A stretch of DNA of 64,000 nucleotides from a virus (IMGVR_UViG_3300034161_000018:192001-256000); one strand, 5' to 3'; shown: positions 15,585 through 24,335, counted from the stretch's first letter. Translations and numbers: made by a program. Notes: generated from the letters alone by a model not told the origin.

Positions 15585-17252
15585 ATGTACATTTCTCTGG
15601 CTTCCGTAAACCCAAGTTCGACGGAATCCGCGATTAAGTGTCTGATCGCATTATACAAAACCCGAGAGTTTGCGTATGAAACAAGTTTTCTGCGCAAGCT
15701 GACTCTGTGGGGCGATGAGTCGCGTGAATTCGCGGAACGATTCAAAATGTTGAAAGTGTTCAATCAGGCGATTCGTCTGGTTGTCTCCGGTCGCGACGTT
15801 GCGAAACATGACGACGTGCGTATCGCAATCAACGGCGTTTTCGACGCACTGAAAGAACAGAAAACAATCATCGACCGCGAAACGGACGTAACCCGTGCGC
15901 AACTCGGCATGATTAACGATTTGCGTTTGGCAGCCAACGGTTCCGAAGCCGCTGAAAACCGCCTGATGAAAAACGTGAGTTCGCTGCGTGACCCGGACAT
16001 TAACGAAATGTTTTTGCACACCGAGGAAGCTGGCGAAGACATGAAAGACGTGTATTCCAAACTGAATGCACTGGTGAAGAAATACGGCAACGTCAACGGT
16101 TACGAAATGCCGGTCGAAGTTCTGCGCGAGTGGCAAGCGTACAACAAATCGAAAGGCACGAAGCTCAAGCAACATGAGCAGTATCTGGAATTGCGCAAGC
16201 AAGTGAACGCGTTCTACAAAAAGCAATTGTCGAACCTGATTCGTTCCAGCGGCCAACCGTACCTGCCCGTCGCCGACGTGAAAAAGGCATTGGGCCAAAC
16301 GCTCAATCCGATTCCGGAAACTTTCGTCGGCATGATCGACGACAACGGCGGTTACTACACCGTTGCAGGCAAAAAGCTGATTCAGGCGCCAAGCGGCATT
16401 GTGCAAATGAACCCGGCATACGATGCGAAACTCGACAACGCGTATGTTTGCACTTTCAAAGCGCCGTTCTCTGCGGACTTCTCCCGCGCCTACACCGTCG
16501 ATTATCGCCAGTCTTCGCGCAGTGCGAAATTCGATGTTGTCGCCGAAGCAATGCCGAATCTGACCAACCTCACGAAAAAGTGGTTGCCTGATCTGCAAAA
16601 AGTTGCGGCGACGAAAGATTCCGTTTGCGCCCTGCTTTGCGAATTGACGTACCAAACTTCCGGTCGAATCGGCAGCACCAAAGGCGCGACCGATGGCGAA
16701 ACCACGCACGGTATTTCTACTTTGCTGTTGCGCCACTGCAATATCAACGACCAACGCATCATCATGAATTACACGGGCAAGTCTGGCGGTAAGCAACGCC
16801 ATATCGTGAAATTCAATACGCAACGCGGCCAGCTTCTGCACGCTGCTTTGATTAAAGCAATGGCGAACAAGAAACCGGGCGATTACCTTTCGACGTTCAA
16901 AGGCAAACCATTGCCGGGCAGCGCAGTAAACGCGTATCTGAAAACGTTGGGCTTCCCTGATGGTTTCACGATTCACAAACTGCGTACCGCGAAAGGTTCG
17001 GAACTCGCGCAAAAACTTCTGGAAAAACCACCGTTCAAGAAAGGCGCCAAAGACACCGACGTAAACAAATGGGTTGAACAGCAACTGATGAAAGTCGGTG
17101 CGGAACTCGGCCATATGTCCGGTGACAAGGTGACGGCAAACACCGCAATCGCAAACTACATCGACCCGGCGATTCTCGCTGAGTTGTTTGCATCGTTGGG
17201 CTGCCGACCAAACTCGAAAATCCAGAAAGCAATCGACTCGGTAGTCAAGTAA
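15585..17252 (+). CDS. Type IB DNA topoisomerase with a long N-terminal extension
   Basis: Catalytic set R (GRIGS), K (YTGKSG), R (HKLRT), H (LGH), Y (NYIDP), arranged as in poxviral/bacterial TopIB. Confidence 0.8.
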   Translation: MYISLASVNPSSTESAIKCLIALYKTREFAYETSFLRKLTLWGDESREFAERFKMLKVFNQAIRLVVSGRDVAKHDDVRIAINGVFDALKEQKTIIDRETDVTRAQLGMINDLRLAANGSEAAENRLMKNVSSLRDPDINEMFLHTEEAGEDMKDVYSKLNALVKKYGNVNGYEMPVEVLREWQAYNKSKGTKLKQHEQYLELRKQVNAFYKKQLSNLIRSSGQPYLPVADVKKALGQTLNPIPETFVGMIDDNGGYYTVAGKKLIQAPSGIVQMNPAYDAKLDNAYVCTFKAPFSADFSRAYTVDYRQSSRSAKFDVVAEAMPNLTNLTKKWLPDLQKVAATKDSVCALLCELTYQTSGRIGSTKGATDGETTHGISTLLLRHCNINDQRIIMNYTGKSGGKQRHIVKFNTQRGQLLHAALIKAMANKKPGDYLSTFKGKPLPGSAVNAYLKTLGFPDGFTIHKLRTAKGSELAQKLLEKPPFKKGAKDTDVNKWVEQQLMKVGAELGHMSGDKVTANTAIANYIDPAILAELFASLGCRPNSKIQKAIDSVVK

Positions 17253-17497
17253 TGAAAGTGCTAATCAGCTTGTCGGTTTCCGATGCAGCGATTGCACACA
17301 CTATGAAAGTCGGGCCGAGTCTCATTTCCACAATTCCATCCGATCCGTTTCACGACGAAATGCAGAAAACGAAACCGAAGGGAGTGTCTAGCCCAACGGT
17401 TTCGGGCAAGCGTAAGAAACGGAAGAAAGTAAAACCGAAAACGGATGGCGCGGAAATGGATACGCAACCTGCATTCCATATGCAACCGAGGTTCTAA
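17252..17497 (+). CDS. Small basic protein
   Basis: Coupled to topoisomerase by TAATG; contains KRKKRKK. Confidence 0.7.
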   Translation: MKVLISLSVSDAAIAHTMKVGPSLISTIPSDPFHDEMQKTKPKGVSSPTVSGKRKKRKKVKPKTDGAEMDTQPAFHMQPRF

Positions 17498-17751
17498 TGG
17501 AAGTGATGCTGAGTTTGGCCGATGCCACGAATCGAAACAAAGAAACTGGCAGCGGCGAACACGGCGGGGCACGTATTGCTCGCTGGAACGATCTTGAGGG
17601 AAAGCCGACCAAACCAAAAGTTAAAAGTCGGCTGAAAGACAAGACAAAGAAAAACACCGATATGAACGGCGGCTCCTACGGGCCAATTGGTAAAATGCAC
17701 ATGCGCAAAGCCAATTGGCTCGGCCTGATGGAACGCGGTCGAGAACGCTAG
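17497..17751 (+). CDS. Small basic protein
   Basis: TAATG coupling; Lys-rich core. Confidence 0.7.
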   Translation: MEVMLSLADATNRNKETGSGEHGGARIARWNDLEGKPTKPKVKSRLKDKTKKNTDMNGGSYGPIGKMHMRKANWLGLMERGRER

Positions 17752-17761
17752 AGGTTTTGAA

Positions 17762-18205
17762 ATGGCGACTACGAAAAAGAAACGCGTTGTAAACGCCAGC
17801 GGCAAGCGACCAGTTAAAAAGGTTGCAACTGCCAGCACTGGCGCAGTGATGAAAAAGAAACGCCGCACCAAACGCCCTGCCAGTATCGCGGGAACTTGGT
17901 TTGGCAAAATGGGCCGTGAGAAACAAAAGCAGTACACGGACAAACACCCAACTTCCATTTTCTCGCGTAAGTCTGCGGCAAAGAAAGCGCCGTTGGATAA
18001 AGAAATGGATGGCCTGCGCCGCTTGGAAGACAAGCTGCACAATCTGGCAAAACAGCACGACGAAGTTTCCCATCAAGTCCACAAAGACATGGCGGGCAAA
18101 CGGATGCAGAAAAAGAAACTCGGTGATCTGTACGAAAAGATGGCGGAAGTACGCTCTCACATTCGTGCGGCCAAACAGGACATTGCTCGCAAAAAGGCGG
18201 CGTAA
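17762..18205 (+). CDS. Highly basic Lys-rich protein with a WF...KHP.S motif
   Basis: GAGG RBS; histone-H1-like composition. Confidence 0.75.
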   Translation: MATTKKKRVVNASGKRPVKKVATASTGAVMKKKRRTKRPASIAGTWFGKMGREKQKQYTDKHPTSIFSRKSAAKKAPLDKEMDGLRRLEDKLHNLAKQHDEVSHQVHKDMAGKRMQKKKLGDLYEKMAEVRSHIRAAKQDIARKKAA

Positions 18206-18208
18206 TCC

Positions 18209-18811
18209 ATGCTCGTACAAATCAGTTTGAATTCGCAAGTCAGCACAGCGACTGCAAACATTGCTGTTGCTGCGGCAAAACCGAAAACCATCAAAGAAGC
18301 GCGTGCGGAAGTCGCGGCAATCAAAGCCGAACTCGACATTTACAAAAAGAAGGCCAAAGCTGAATCCGGCCTGACTGTTGTACGTGCGCAAATCGAAGCG
18401 GTGACTTACGGCCACCATTCACCAAAGAAAAAGAAAGACGCGTTAGTTCCGCTGAAAGCGAAGCGTGACAAGTTGCGTGAGCAGATGAAAACTCTGCAAG
18501 CACAGCGCAAGATTCACAAAACCGCTGACGGTCACAAGCTTCTGAATTTGCTGACCAAAGCCAAGCACCATTTGGAAGTGTTGAAAACTCTCAAAGGCGG
18601 TTTGAAAAAACCCGCTCCGAGTAACGCTCCGGCTCCAGTGGTTCCGCATCCGCAAAAGCGTGGCCCAACTCCAGTTGTTGTGCATGTCGGTAAGGATGGT
18701 GCGCAATCGGTTCGCAGAATCAACGGTGCGAAACCAAACAGTGCGCCGCTGCGTGCGAAAGCCAAACCAAACTCCGCACCTCCACGCGCTCGGGTTAAAC
18801 CGAACCGCTAA
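18209..18811 (+). CDS. Basic Lys/Ala-rich coiled-coil protein with C-terminal AKPNSAP repeats
   Basis: ORF track; GAKPNSAPLRAKAKPNSAPPRARVKPN. Confidence 0.75.
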   Translation: MLVQISLNSQVSTATANIAVAAAKPKTIKEARAEVAAIKAELDIYKKKAKAESGLTVVRAQIEAVTYGHHSPKKKKDALVPLKAKRDKLREQMKTLQAQRKIHKTADGHKLLNLLTKAKHHLEVLKTLKGGLKKPAPSNAPAPVVPHPQKRGPTPVVVHVGKDGAQSVRRINGAKPNSAPLRAKAKPNSAPPRARVKPNR

Positions 18812-18823
18812 CAGGAAAACGCA

Positions 18824-19231
18824 ATGGCTACCAAAAAGAAAGTTGCGAAGAAACCAGAAGCGGCAAAGAAACATTGGTTCACTGACAAGAAAGGTAGCAA
18901 GGGCAAGGAAGCTTATTTGAAAAAGCATCCAAACTCGAAATACCATCCGTCGAACCAAGGCCCGCCGCGCCCTGACCACGTTATTCAAGAGCAGAAGAAA
19001 GCACGCAAAGCTGCGGGCAATCAGAAGGCGAAGAAGATGAAATCTGCCAACGAACGTGTTGAGAAATACCGTGAGTTGATTAAGAAAGGTGAACAGCATT
19101 TCATCAAACTCGGCCAGCGTCCAAAGGACTTGAATGCTGCGAAGGCGTGGGAAGAAAAGCGCAAAAAGATTCTGGATGGAATCAAGAAGTACAAACTGGC
19201 AATGCGCGGTGCGCAATCTGTCGGTCGATGA
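18824..19231 (+). CDS. Highly basic protein with a WF...KHP.S motif, paralogous to 17762
   Basis: CAGGA RBS; shares the motif and the MATxKK start. Confidence 0.75.
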   Translation: MATKKKVAKKPEAAKKHWFTDKKGSKGKEAYLKKHPNSKYHPSNQGPPRPDHVIQEQKKARKAAGNQKAKKMKSANERVEKYRELIKKGEQHFIKLGQRPKDLNAAKAWEEKRKKILDGIKKYKLAMRGAQSVGR

Positions 19232-19235
19232 AAAC

Positions 19236-19276
19236 AAAAAACCCCACTCTCCATTTGACCGGAGGTGGGGTTTTTT
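19236..19276. terminator. Bidirectional intrinsic terminator between convergent blocks
   Basis: AAAAAACCCCAC-T-CTCC / GGAG-GTGGGGTTTTTT. Confidence 0.85.
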
Positions 19277-20013
19277 CATTCCTGTAGCAATTTGTCCCAG
19301 TTTTTACCAGAACGAATATGCGACGGTGGGCAGCGATCCAACAAATCGAAAATGCCAGTGATTTGATCGGATACATCTTTTTCCATCATGAGGCGTTTGC
19401 CTTTCTTTGCAGAATCGACAATGCACACACGATGTTCTGCCAGCGGATCAGCACAGCGTTCAACGTCGTCGTGAAGTTTCAGAACGTACATTCCGTCATT
19501 CAGGAATTGTTCTGCCCACGAATTGCTAAACGCATCGGTGTAAATCCGCGTCCGGCCCAAGCGTGCAATGTAACCGCGTAGAATTTCATCCGTGGTTTTG
19601 CTTTCGATCAACCAGTGTTTGAAGTTGTTGCGGTTGTTGGTCTTTGTGCGAATTTCTTCCCACAGATTACCGGGAATCCAAATAGCATCGGCGTTCGCAG
19701 CAATTGCGTTAAAGAATTCGTTGAAGCCCGCGTGCTCCCGGCGTTTCAGCGTACCGACATAACCGGCCCGATAGAAATCCTCACTGGCTGATTCCATAAT
19801 CGGATACGCATACGCACCGCGTTTGAAAAACGGCGCACTCTTTCCGGCAACTTCGGTTCCAAACTGCGCACCAGAACTGGCAATTGTTGCGTGGCGCCAG
19901 TTCACCGGAACCCACTCGCCTTTCTGGTGAACGAAACCGAATTCATGCTCCAGTGCTGGAAGGCCAGTGAATCCGATTTTGTACGTCAACACAGGATTGT
20001 CATGCGTGTGCAT
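19276..20013 (-). CDS. Hypothetical protein
   Basis: 245-aa ORF, last gene of the minus-strand block. Confidence 0.75.
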   Translation of the reverse strand: MHTHDNPVLTYKIGFTGLPALEHEFGFVHQKGEWVPVNWRHATIASSGAQFGTEVAGKSAPFFKRGAYAYPIMESASEDFYRAGYVGTLKRREHAGFNEFFNAIAANADAIWIPGNLWEEIRTKTNNRNNFKHWLIESKTTDEILRGYIARLGRTRIYTDAFSNSWAEQFLNDGMYVLKLHDDVERCADPLAEHRVCIVDSAKKGKRLMMEKDVSDQITGIFDLLDRCPPSHIRSGKNWDKLLQE

Positions 20014-20266
20014 ATTTGTGATTCCGAATAAACAGGCAGGAGCCGAAGTAGATCACGTCCGGGTTTTCGATTTTGTTCCAGCGCACAAGGTCGTCCACAC
20101 CAACTTCAAAGCGTTCCGCGATTTCCGAAAGCGTGTCGTTGGTTTTGATTCCATACACGCCGAATTCATCGGCTACCCGGCGTTCATACAAAATGTCGGC
20201 GACGGCAGTTTCCGGACGCTGCCACTGCAAACGTTTGGCGAGAATCTTTTCGTCAAGTTGATTCAT
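20000..20266 (-). CDS. LysM-domain protein
   Basis: Y.IK.NDTLSEIAERF.V...DL..WN.I.NPD.IY.G..L.I is a canonical LysM. Confidence 0.82.
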   Translation of the reverse strand: MNQLDEKILAKRLQWQRPETAVADILYERRVADEFGVYGIKTNDTLSEIAERFEVGVDDLVRWNKIENPDVIYFGSCLFIRNHKYAHA

Positions 20267-20577
20267 CCGCCGACCCATCCTCTTTCTTCGATTTCTTCCT
20301 TCGCCGCGCAGTGCTTGCGATACGAACTATTCGGCGGGAACACAATGTCGCGCAGTTCTGGAAAACGCTCGCTGATATGCAGGTCGAGAGTTTCGTAAAC
20401 ACCGCGAATGCTGAACTCCAGATAACCGGCAGCACCGAGTTTGATTTGCTCGTATTCCAGTTTGGTCAGTTCTTTGAGACTTTGCGAAATGACTTTGCGA
20501 TCCGGGTGCATGAAACTTGCACGCAAAACGAAATTGTTCATTTCCCAATGCACGACATACGGTTGGCTATAAACCAT
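20263..20577 (-). CDS. Hypothetical protein
   Basis: ORF abutting both neighbours. Confidence 0.65.
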   Translation of the reverse strand: MVYSQPYVVHWEMNNFVLRASFMHPDRKVISQSLKELTKLEYEQIKLGAAGYLEFSIRGVYETLDLHISERFPELRDIVFPPNSSYRKHCAAKEEIEERGWVGG

Positions 20578-20578
20578 T

Positions 20579-20875
20579 TCAACCTCGCGGGATTGGTGGA
20601 ATTTTTATGCTGGCGACATGCTTGCGCCGGTAGCCATCTTCAAAAGGTTTCTTCGGACTGAACGACGCGTAGGCATCATCGTACAAAACGTAGTAACCGC
20701 CGATTTGGACATTGTGTTTCTTTGCCCATTCGTGGTCAACTTCGACGCGCACGTTTTCGTTATCCAGAACCAGCGTCACTCGATCATTGTCGAATTCGAG
20801 GCCCGTGATTTGTCCGGCGTTCACTTCTTTAAAGCATTCGTAACGCGGCAGCCTACCTTTCAGAATGTTGCTCAC
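20579..20875 (-). CDS. Conserved small phage protein (P.Y.C.K.V.A..I...GGY.V.Y.D.Y.SFSP...FEDGY family)
   Basis: Recognisable widespread phage motif; GGGAGA RBS before GTG 20875. Confidence 0.7.
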   Translation of the reverse strand: MSNILKGRLPRYECFKEVNAGQITGLEFDNDRVTLVLDNENVRVEVDHEWAKKHNVQIGGYYVLYDDAYASFSPKKPFEDGYRRKHVASIKIPPIPRG

Positions 20876-21197
20876 GGTATCTCTCCCATTCAAAGAAACG
20901 CGGCACCACAACCAGAATCAAAGTGAGGAACGGAACGCACGCGCCTACGGTTGCGAACAGCGTTTCACTGAGATTCGTTTTGTAGTTTTGCCACAACCAG
21001 AACGAACCGGCCAACGCCAGCAACCACAGCACCACGTACAGCGCGTCCATTGCGTAAAACATTTTCGGTATGCGGTAATTCAAACCGACCGAACCGCACT
21101 GGCAAATAGCTTTCTTGACGCGCTTTTCTTCCAGAAACTTTCGGGTGCAGCGTTGGCATTTCCGTAACGTGAGTTTCACTGGCTTTGACATTTGCAT
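20853..21197 (-). CDS. Zn-ribbon plus two-transmembrane-helix protein
   Basis: CQRC...CQCG followed by two hydrophobic helices; AAGGA RBS. Confidence 0.65.
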   Translation of the reverse strand: MQMSKPVKLTLRKCQRCTRKFLEEKRVKKAICQCGSVGLNYRIPKMFYAMDALYVVLWLLALAGSFWLWQNYKTNLSETLFATVGACVPFLTLILVVVPRFFEWERYREQHSER

Positions 21198-21313
21198 GGG
21201 TATCCTTTCTTATTGAATGTTCCGCACTTCCGGCATTCTAGCTTTCCGTGTTGTGCAATCACACGAATCATATTGTCGATCCGTTTCCCAAGCCGTTCCA
21301 TTAGGCCCATCAT
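21176..21313 (-). CDS. 45-aa Cys-rich peptide, not in the ORF track
   Basis: Read by hand: MMGLMERLGKRIDNMIRVIAQHGKLECRKCGTFNKKGYPCKCQSQ*. ATGA overlap with the upstream gene; fills the gap. Confidence 0.55.
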   Translation of the reverse strand: MMGLMERLGKRIDNMIRVIAQHGKLECRKCGTFNKKGYPCKCQSQ

Positions 21314-21540
21314 TCCATCCTCAGTTTCTTAATGTCGGCACCAGTGAAGAAAGTGCAACCGCGTGTGCGAAACTTTGGTTGGGCCAACAGACGATCTTTC
21401 TGGCTATCAGACAAAACGTTGCGGCCCCACACATTCAGCTTTTTCATCACCGGTTTATACTCGTCCGGCAACCAACAACGCTCGGGGCAGAAGATGAATC
21501 CCATCAGAAACTCTTTTTCCATTTCGTTCAAGTCTGCCAT
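21310..21540 (-). CDS. Hypothetical protein
   Basis: ORF track; fits operon packing. Confidence 0.6.
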   Translation of the reverse strand: MADLNEMEKEFLMGFIFCPERCWLPDEYKPVMKKLNVWGRNVLSDSQKDRLLAQPKFRTRGCTFFTGADIKKLRME

Positions 21541-21556
21541 CTTCTGCCCCCTCTGG

Positions 21557-21817
21557 TTACATGACCACTTTCGGCAAATGCTTTTTCAGGTCAGCACCGC
21601 TAACGCCTTCCATCGAAGCTTTCTGAATCGGCGAATTGCACTCGACTTGCACCGATGCGATTTTGCGTGTTTGGTCAATGTAGTAAGTTTTCAAACCAGC
21701 GTCCCCGCATGCGGCAACGGCTTGTTCGACTGTTGGGTAAATACGAATTGGTTGCCCCGCCATCTGGTCACAACCGGCGATAGCCAACAACGCGCAAACA
21801 ATCAAAACCTTTTTCAA
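21557..21817 (-). CDS. Predicted lipoprotein
   Basis: AAGGAG RBS then TTG start; KKVLIVCALLAIAG|C is a type II signal peptide with a lipobox. Confidence 0.7.
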   Translation of the reverse strand: MKKVLIVCALLAIAGCDQMAGQPIRIYPTVEQAVAACGDAGLKTYYIDQTRKIASVQVECNSPIQKASMEGVSGADLKKHLPKVVM

Positions 21818-21818
21818 T

Positions 21819-22199
21819 TCATTCTCCTTTATGTGGCAGTACGCCCGCATATCCACCAGCTTCAATGAAAGCGGTGTAACGTGCGCAGTTAGTTGGATCG
21901 AGTCCGCGCATTGTGTGACGCCATTGTTTATCGGAACGCATATTCCACGTTTTATCACGCAACTGATCCCACGCAATCAGGTAGCGACGTGCGGCAAACG
22001 TGGAACGTAAAAGCGGCACAATGACTTTTGGAATCTCGGCTGGCTCTACTTGAATCAGTAGGCAATCAAGAAACTCATAATCTTTCGTGTCGCACATAAT
22101 CAACAGCGTTCGCATTGTTTGGTGTTCAGCTTCGGGGCCGTACACTTCTTTCAATTTCTCCCACGCTTCAACGGCGCGGTGCATCGGCGAATACGCCAT
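21819..22199 (-). CDS. Hypothetical protein
   Basis: GGAG RBS before ATG 22199. Confidence 0.7.
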   Translation of the reverse strand: MAYSPMHRAVEAWEKLKEVYGPEAEHQTMRTLLIMCDTKDYEFLDCLLIQVEPAEIPKVIVPLLRSTFAARRYLIAWDQLRDKTWNMRSDKQWRHTMRGLDPTNCARYTAFIEAGGYAGVLPHKGE

Positions 22200-22593
22200 A
22201 TTTCGCTCCCACAAACAAAAACTTGTCTTTTGGATTTCGGCGATTCACCGTCAACAGGCTATCGGTGAAAACCGGCGAGCCTGCAAAGTGCCCGAGCAAA
22301 CCTATTGTGTCAGGAATCACATTCGACCAATTCATGTGCATGCAAACCGCTGCACTCGCCCGAATGTACGGAACGAAACGCTCCGGAACCAGAATCACCG
22401 AAGCTAAGCGCGCACGGCGAATGAATTCCTCCGGACGGAAAACAACCAGTTGCGGATTCCACTCAAGATCGAGTTTCCCGATTGGCTCCCGGCGCCGCCG
22501 CAAATACGGCATCAGTTCTTCGCGTTCTGCCTGTTCGCCAACCGCAATCATTAGGCCGCGAGTGGTTTCAATCAATTCAGCATTCGGATTCAT
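22168..22593 (-). CDS. Hypothetical protein
   Basis: GAGG RBS; ORF track. Confidence 0.7.
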   Translation of the reverse strand: MNPNAELIETTRGLMIAVGEQAEREELMPYLRRRREPIGKLDLEWNPQLVVFRPEEFIRRARLASVILVPERFVPYIRASAAVCMHMNWSNVIPDTIGLLGHFAGSPVFTDSLLTVNRRNPKDKFLFVGAKYGVFADAPRR

Positions 22594-22599
22594 AAAACC

Positions 22600-24018
22600 T
22601 CACACGGCAACTTTCGCCTTGATCGCTGGATAGTGTTCGTAGCCGACCAGTTTGCAATCGCCGGTTTTCATTTCCAGAATCGAATTGAACTCGCCGGTGA
22701 TTTCCAATTGCGGGTGTTCGTATTTGAACGGGTCGCGTTCCAACTGTTCTTTCACTTGCGCGACGTGGTTGGTGTAAATGTGAGCATCGCCGATTACGTG
22801 CGTGAAGAAACGCGCTTTCATTCCGGTAACGTGGGCCAGTTGCGAAGTGAGCAAACTGTATTGCGCCAGATTGAATGGAATACCGAGGAACATATCACCA
22901 CTGCGTTGATACATTTCGCAATCGAGGAAATGTTTGCCGTCTTCGTCTTTCTCGCTCGACACATACCACTGCGCCAAAACGTGGCAAGGTGGCAGCGCCA
23001 TTTCTTCAAGCTGCGCGACGTTCCAACCACTCAGAATAATGCGACGGCCAGCCGCATGTTTTTCCAATTTGCCTTGCTGGAACAACAGTTCATCGCGGAT
23101 TTGTTTTTCGATCTTCGCGATTTGGTCAATCTTGCGCGTGATAACGATTTGCCAACCGTTATACATTTTGCCTTCGACGGTGTAACCCTTGTCCTGCCAA
23201 CCTTGCGGGTCGGCTTCCCATTCTTTCGAGTCGATGATTCGGGTGTCTTCCCAATAACGCCATTGCGTTCCGTACACCCGGCCCAATTCACCGCCGATCA
23301 AAACCTTTTCCGGAATGCCCGCGTTGGTCAGGTATTGTGATTGTTTGTTCAAACGGAATTCGTCGCTGCGTCCGTCTTCGCGCATCATGGAATCAACTTC
23401 AAGGAAGTCTTCCATTTTCTCTTTGGACAGTTTGCGAATTCGCTCAGCGTGGCTAAGCATACGCCATTCTTCGGTGCCCGGAATTACCCATTCGTCCCAA
23501 ATGCGCGTGCCGTTCTTTTTCATGGAACGAATATTGGAACTGCCGGATTTCATCCAATCCAGTTCGTCGTCCACCGCAAGGAAGTGAACGTATTTCGTTG
23601 TCAGCGCCGGGAAGTAAAGACGCAAATCGGTACGCATGATTACTTGACCGAACATCGAAATGGTTCCGGTGCCGGTGCGGTCGCCTCGGAATTCACCCTC
23701 TGCCAGAATGCGGCGCAGCCACAGCAAATAGTAAATGTCGATTTTGGTAAAGTCGGGCCTCGGGTCTGCCTTGATTTGAATCTGGTAGTTTGGGTCTTCC
23801 AACATTAAGGCAACCTGCGCCTTTTCGATTGCGTCATGGTCGGATGCGCTGAAAGTGCGAATGCGCAATTTCTGTTCGTTCGGATTGCCGTGGCCGAATT
23901 GTTCCATCGGGTCAAGTTCTTCGCTGGCCTTTGGTATTTCGTCGGATTGGCTCGGTACACGCGGAAGCGGTTCGCCAATCTTTTGCAGGTCAGCGAAAGT
24001 CAGTTTCTTATCGGTCAC
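22600..24018 (-). CDS. thyA: Thymidylate synthase with an N-terminal extension and internal insertions
   Basis: DRTGTGT, FPALTTK, LGRVYG.QWR, RRII..WN...MALPPCH, YQRSGDMFLGIPFN, GDAHIYTNH, C-terminal IKAKVAV. Confidence 0.95.
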   Translation of the reverse strand: MTDKKLTFADLQKIGEPLPRVPSQSDEIPKASEELDPMEQFGHGNPNEQKLRIRTFSASDHDAIEKAQVALMLEDPNYQIQIKADPRPDFTKIDIYYLLWLRRILAEGEFRGDRTGTGTISMFGQVIMRTDLRLYFPALTTKYVHFLAVDDELDWMKSGSSNIRSMKKNGTRIWDEWVIPGTEEWRMLSHAERIRKLSKEKMEDFLEVDSMMREDGRSDEFRLNKQSQYLTNAGIPEKVLIGGELGRVYGTQWRYWEDTRIIDSKEWEADPQGWQDKGYTVEGKMYNGWQIVITRKIDQIAKIEKQIRDELLFQQGKLEKHAAGRRIILSGWNVAQLEEMALPPCHVLAQWYVSSEKDEDGKHFLDCEMYQRSGDMFLGIPFNLAQYSLLTSQLAHVTGMKARFFTHVIGDAHIYTNHVAQVKEQLERDPFKYEHPQLEITGEFNSILEMKTGDCKLVGYEHYPAIKAKVAV

Positions 24019-24029
24019 GCTTTTCTCCT

Positions 24030-24326
24030 TTAGGCCAAAGCCAATTGATCTTTAAACAGTTGTCGGATTGCTTGAAACTCCGGTTCCGTCGAATCCGGAA
24101 TGTGCAGCAAGTGTGCAAGCTGGTGAACGATTCCATCATCACGCAAACAAACGTAAGTCGGAATCTCTTTTACGAAACAGATGAAACAGGCGAGGTGCAA
24201 CGCTCGCGGTATTACTTTGCGGAATTCATCATCGGTCATTCCGCACAGGATCAGGTATTGCTCACGCACTTCCTGATATGAAAACGTGAATGTCGAGTCT
24301 CCGACCTTGTAATCCATCATTTGCAT
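24030..24326 (-). CDS. Hypothetical protein
   Basis: First gene of the minus-strand block; start uncertain (24326, 24320 or 24317). Confidence 0.6.
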   Translation of the reverse strand: MQMMDYKVGDSTFTFSYQEVREQYLILCGMTDDEFRKVIPRALHLACFICFVKEIPTYVCLRDDGIVHQLAHLLHIPDSTEPEFQAIRQLFKDQLALA

Positions 24327-24335
24327 TCGCTCGGC

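Noticed and set aside
15585-17252. Tyrosine integrase (temperate lifestyle)
   Set aside because: The motif order, with Lys in YTGKSG and the HKLRT...LGH...YIDP spacing, fits TopIB; no att site or repressor was seen.
22600-24018. ThyA as a dCMP hydroxymethylase or other base-modification enzyme
   Set aside because: It retains the dUMP-specific Asn (GIPFN) and the canonical C-terminus; no glycosyltransferase or other modification genes are nearby.
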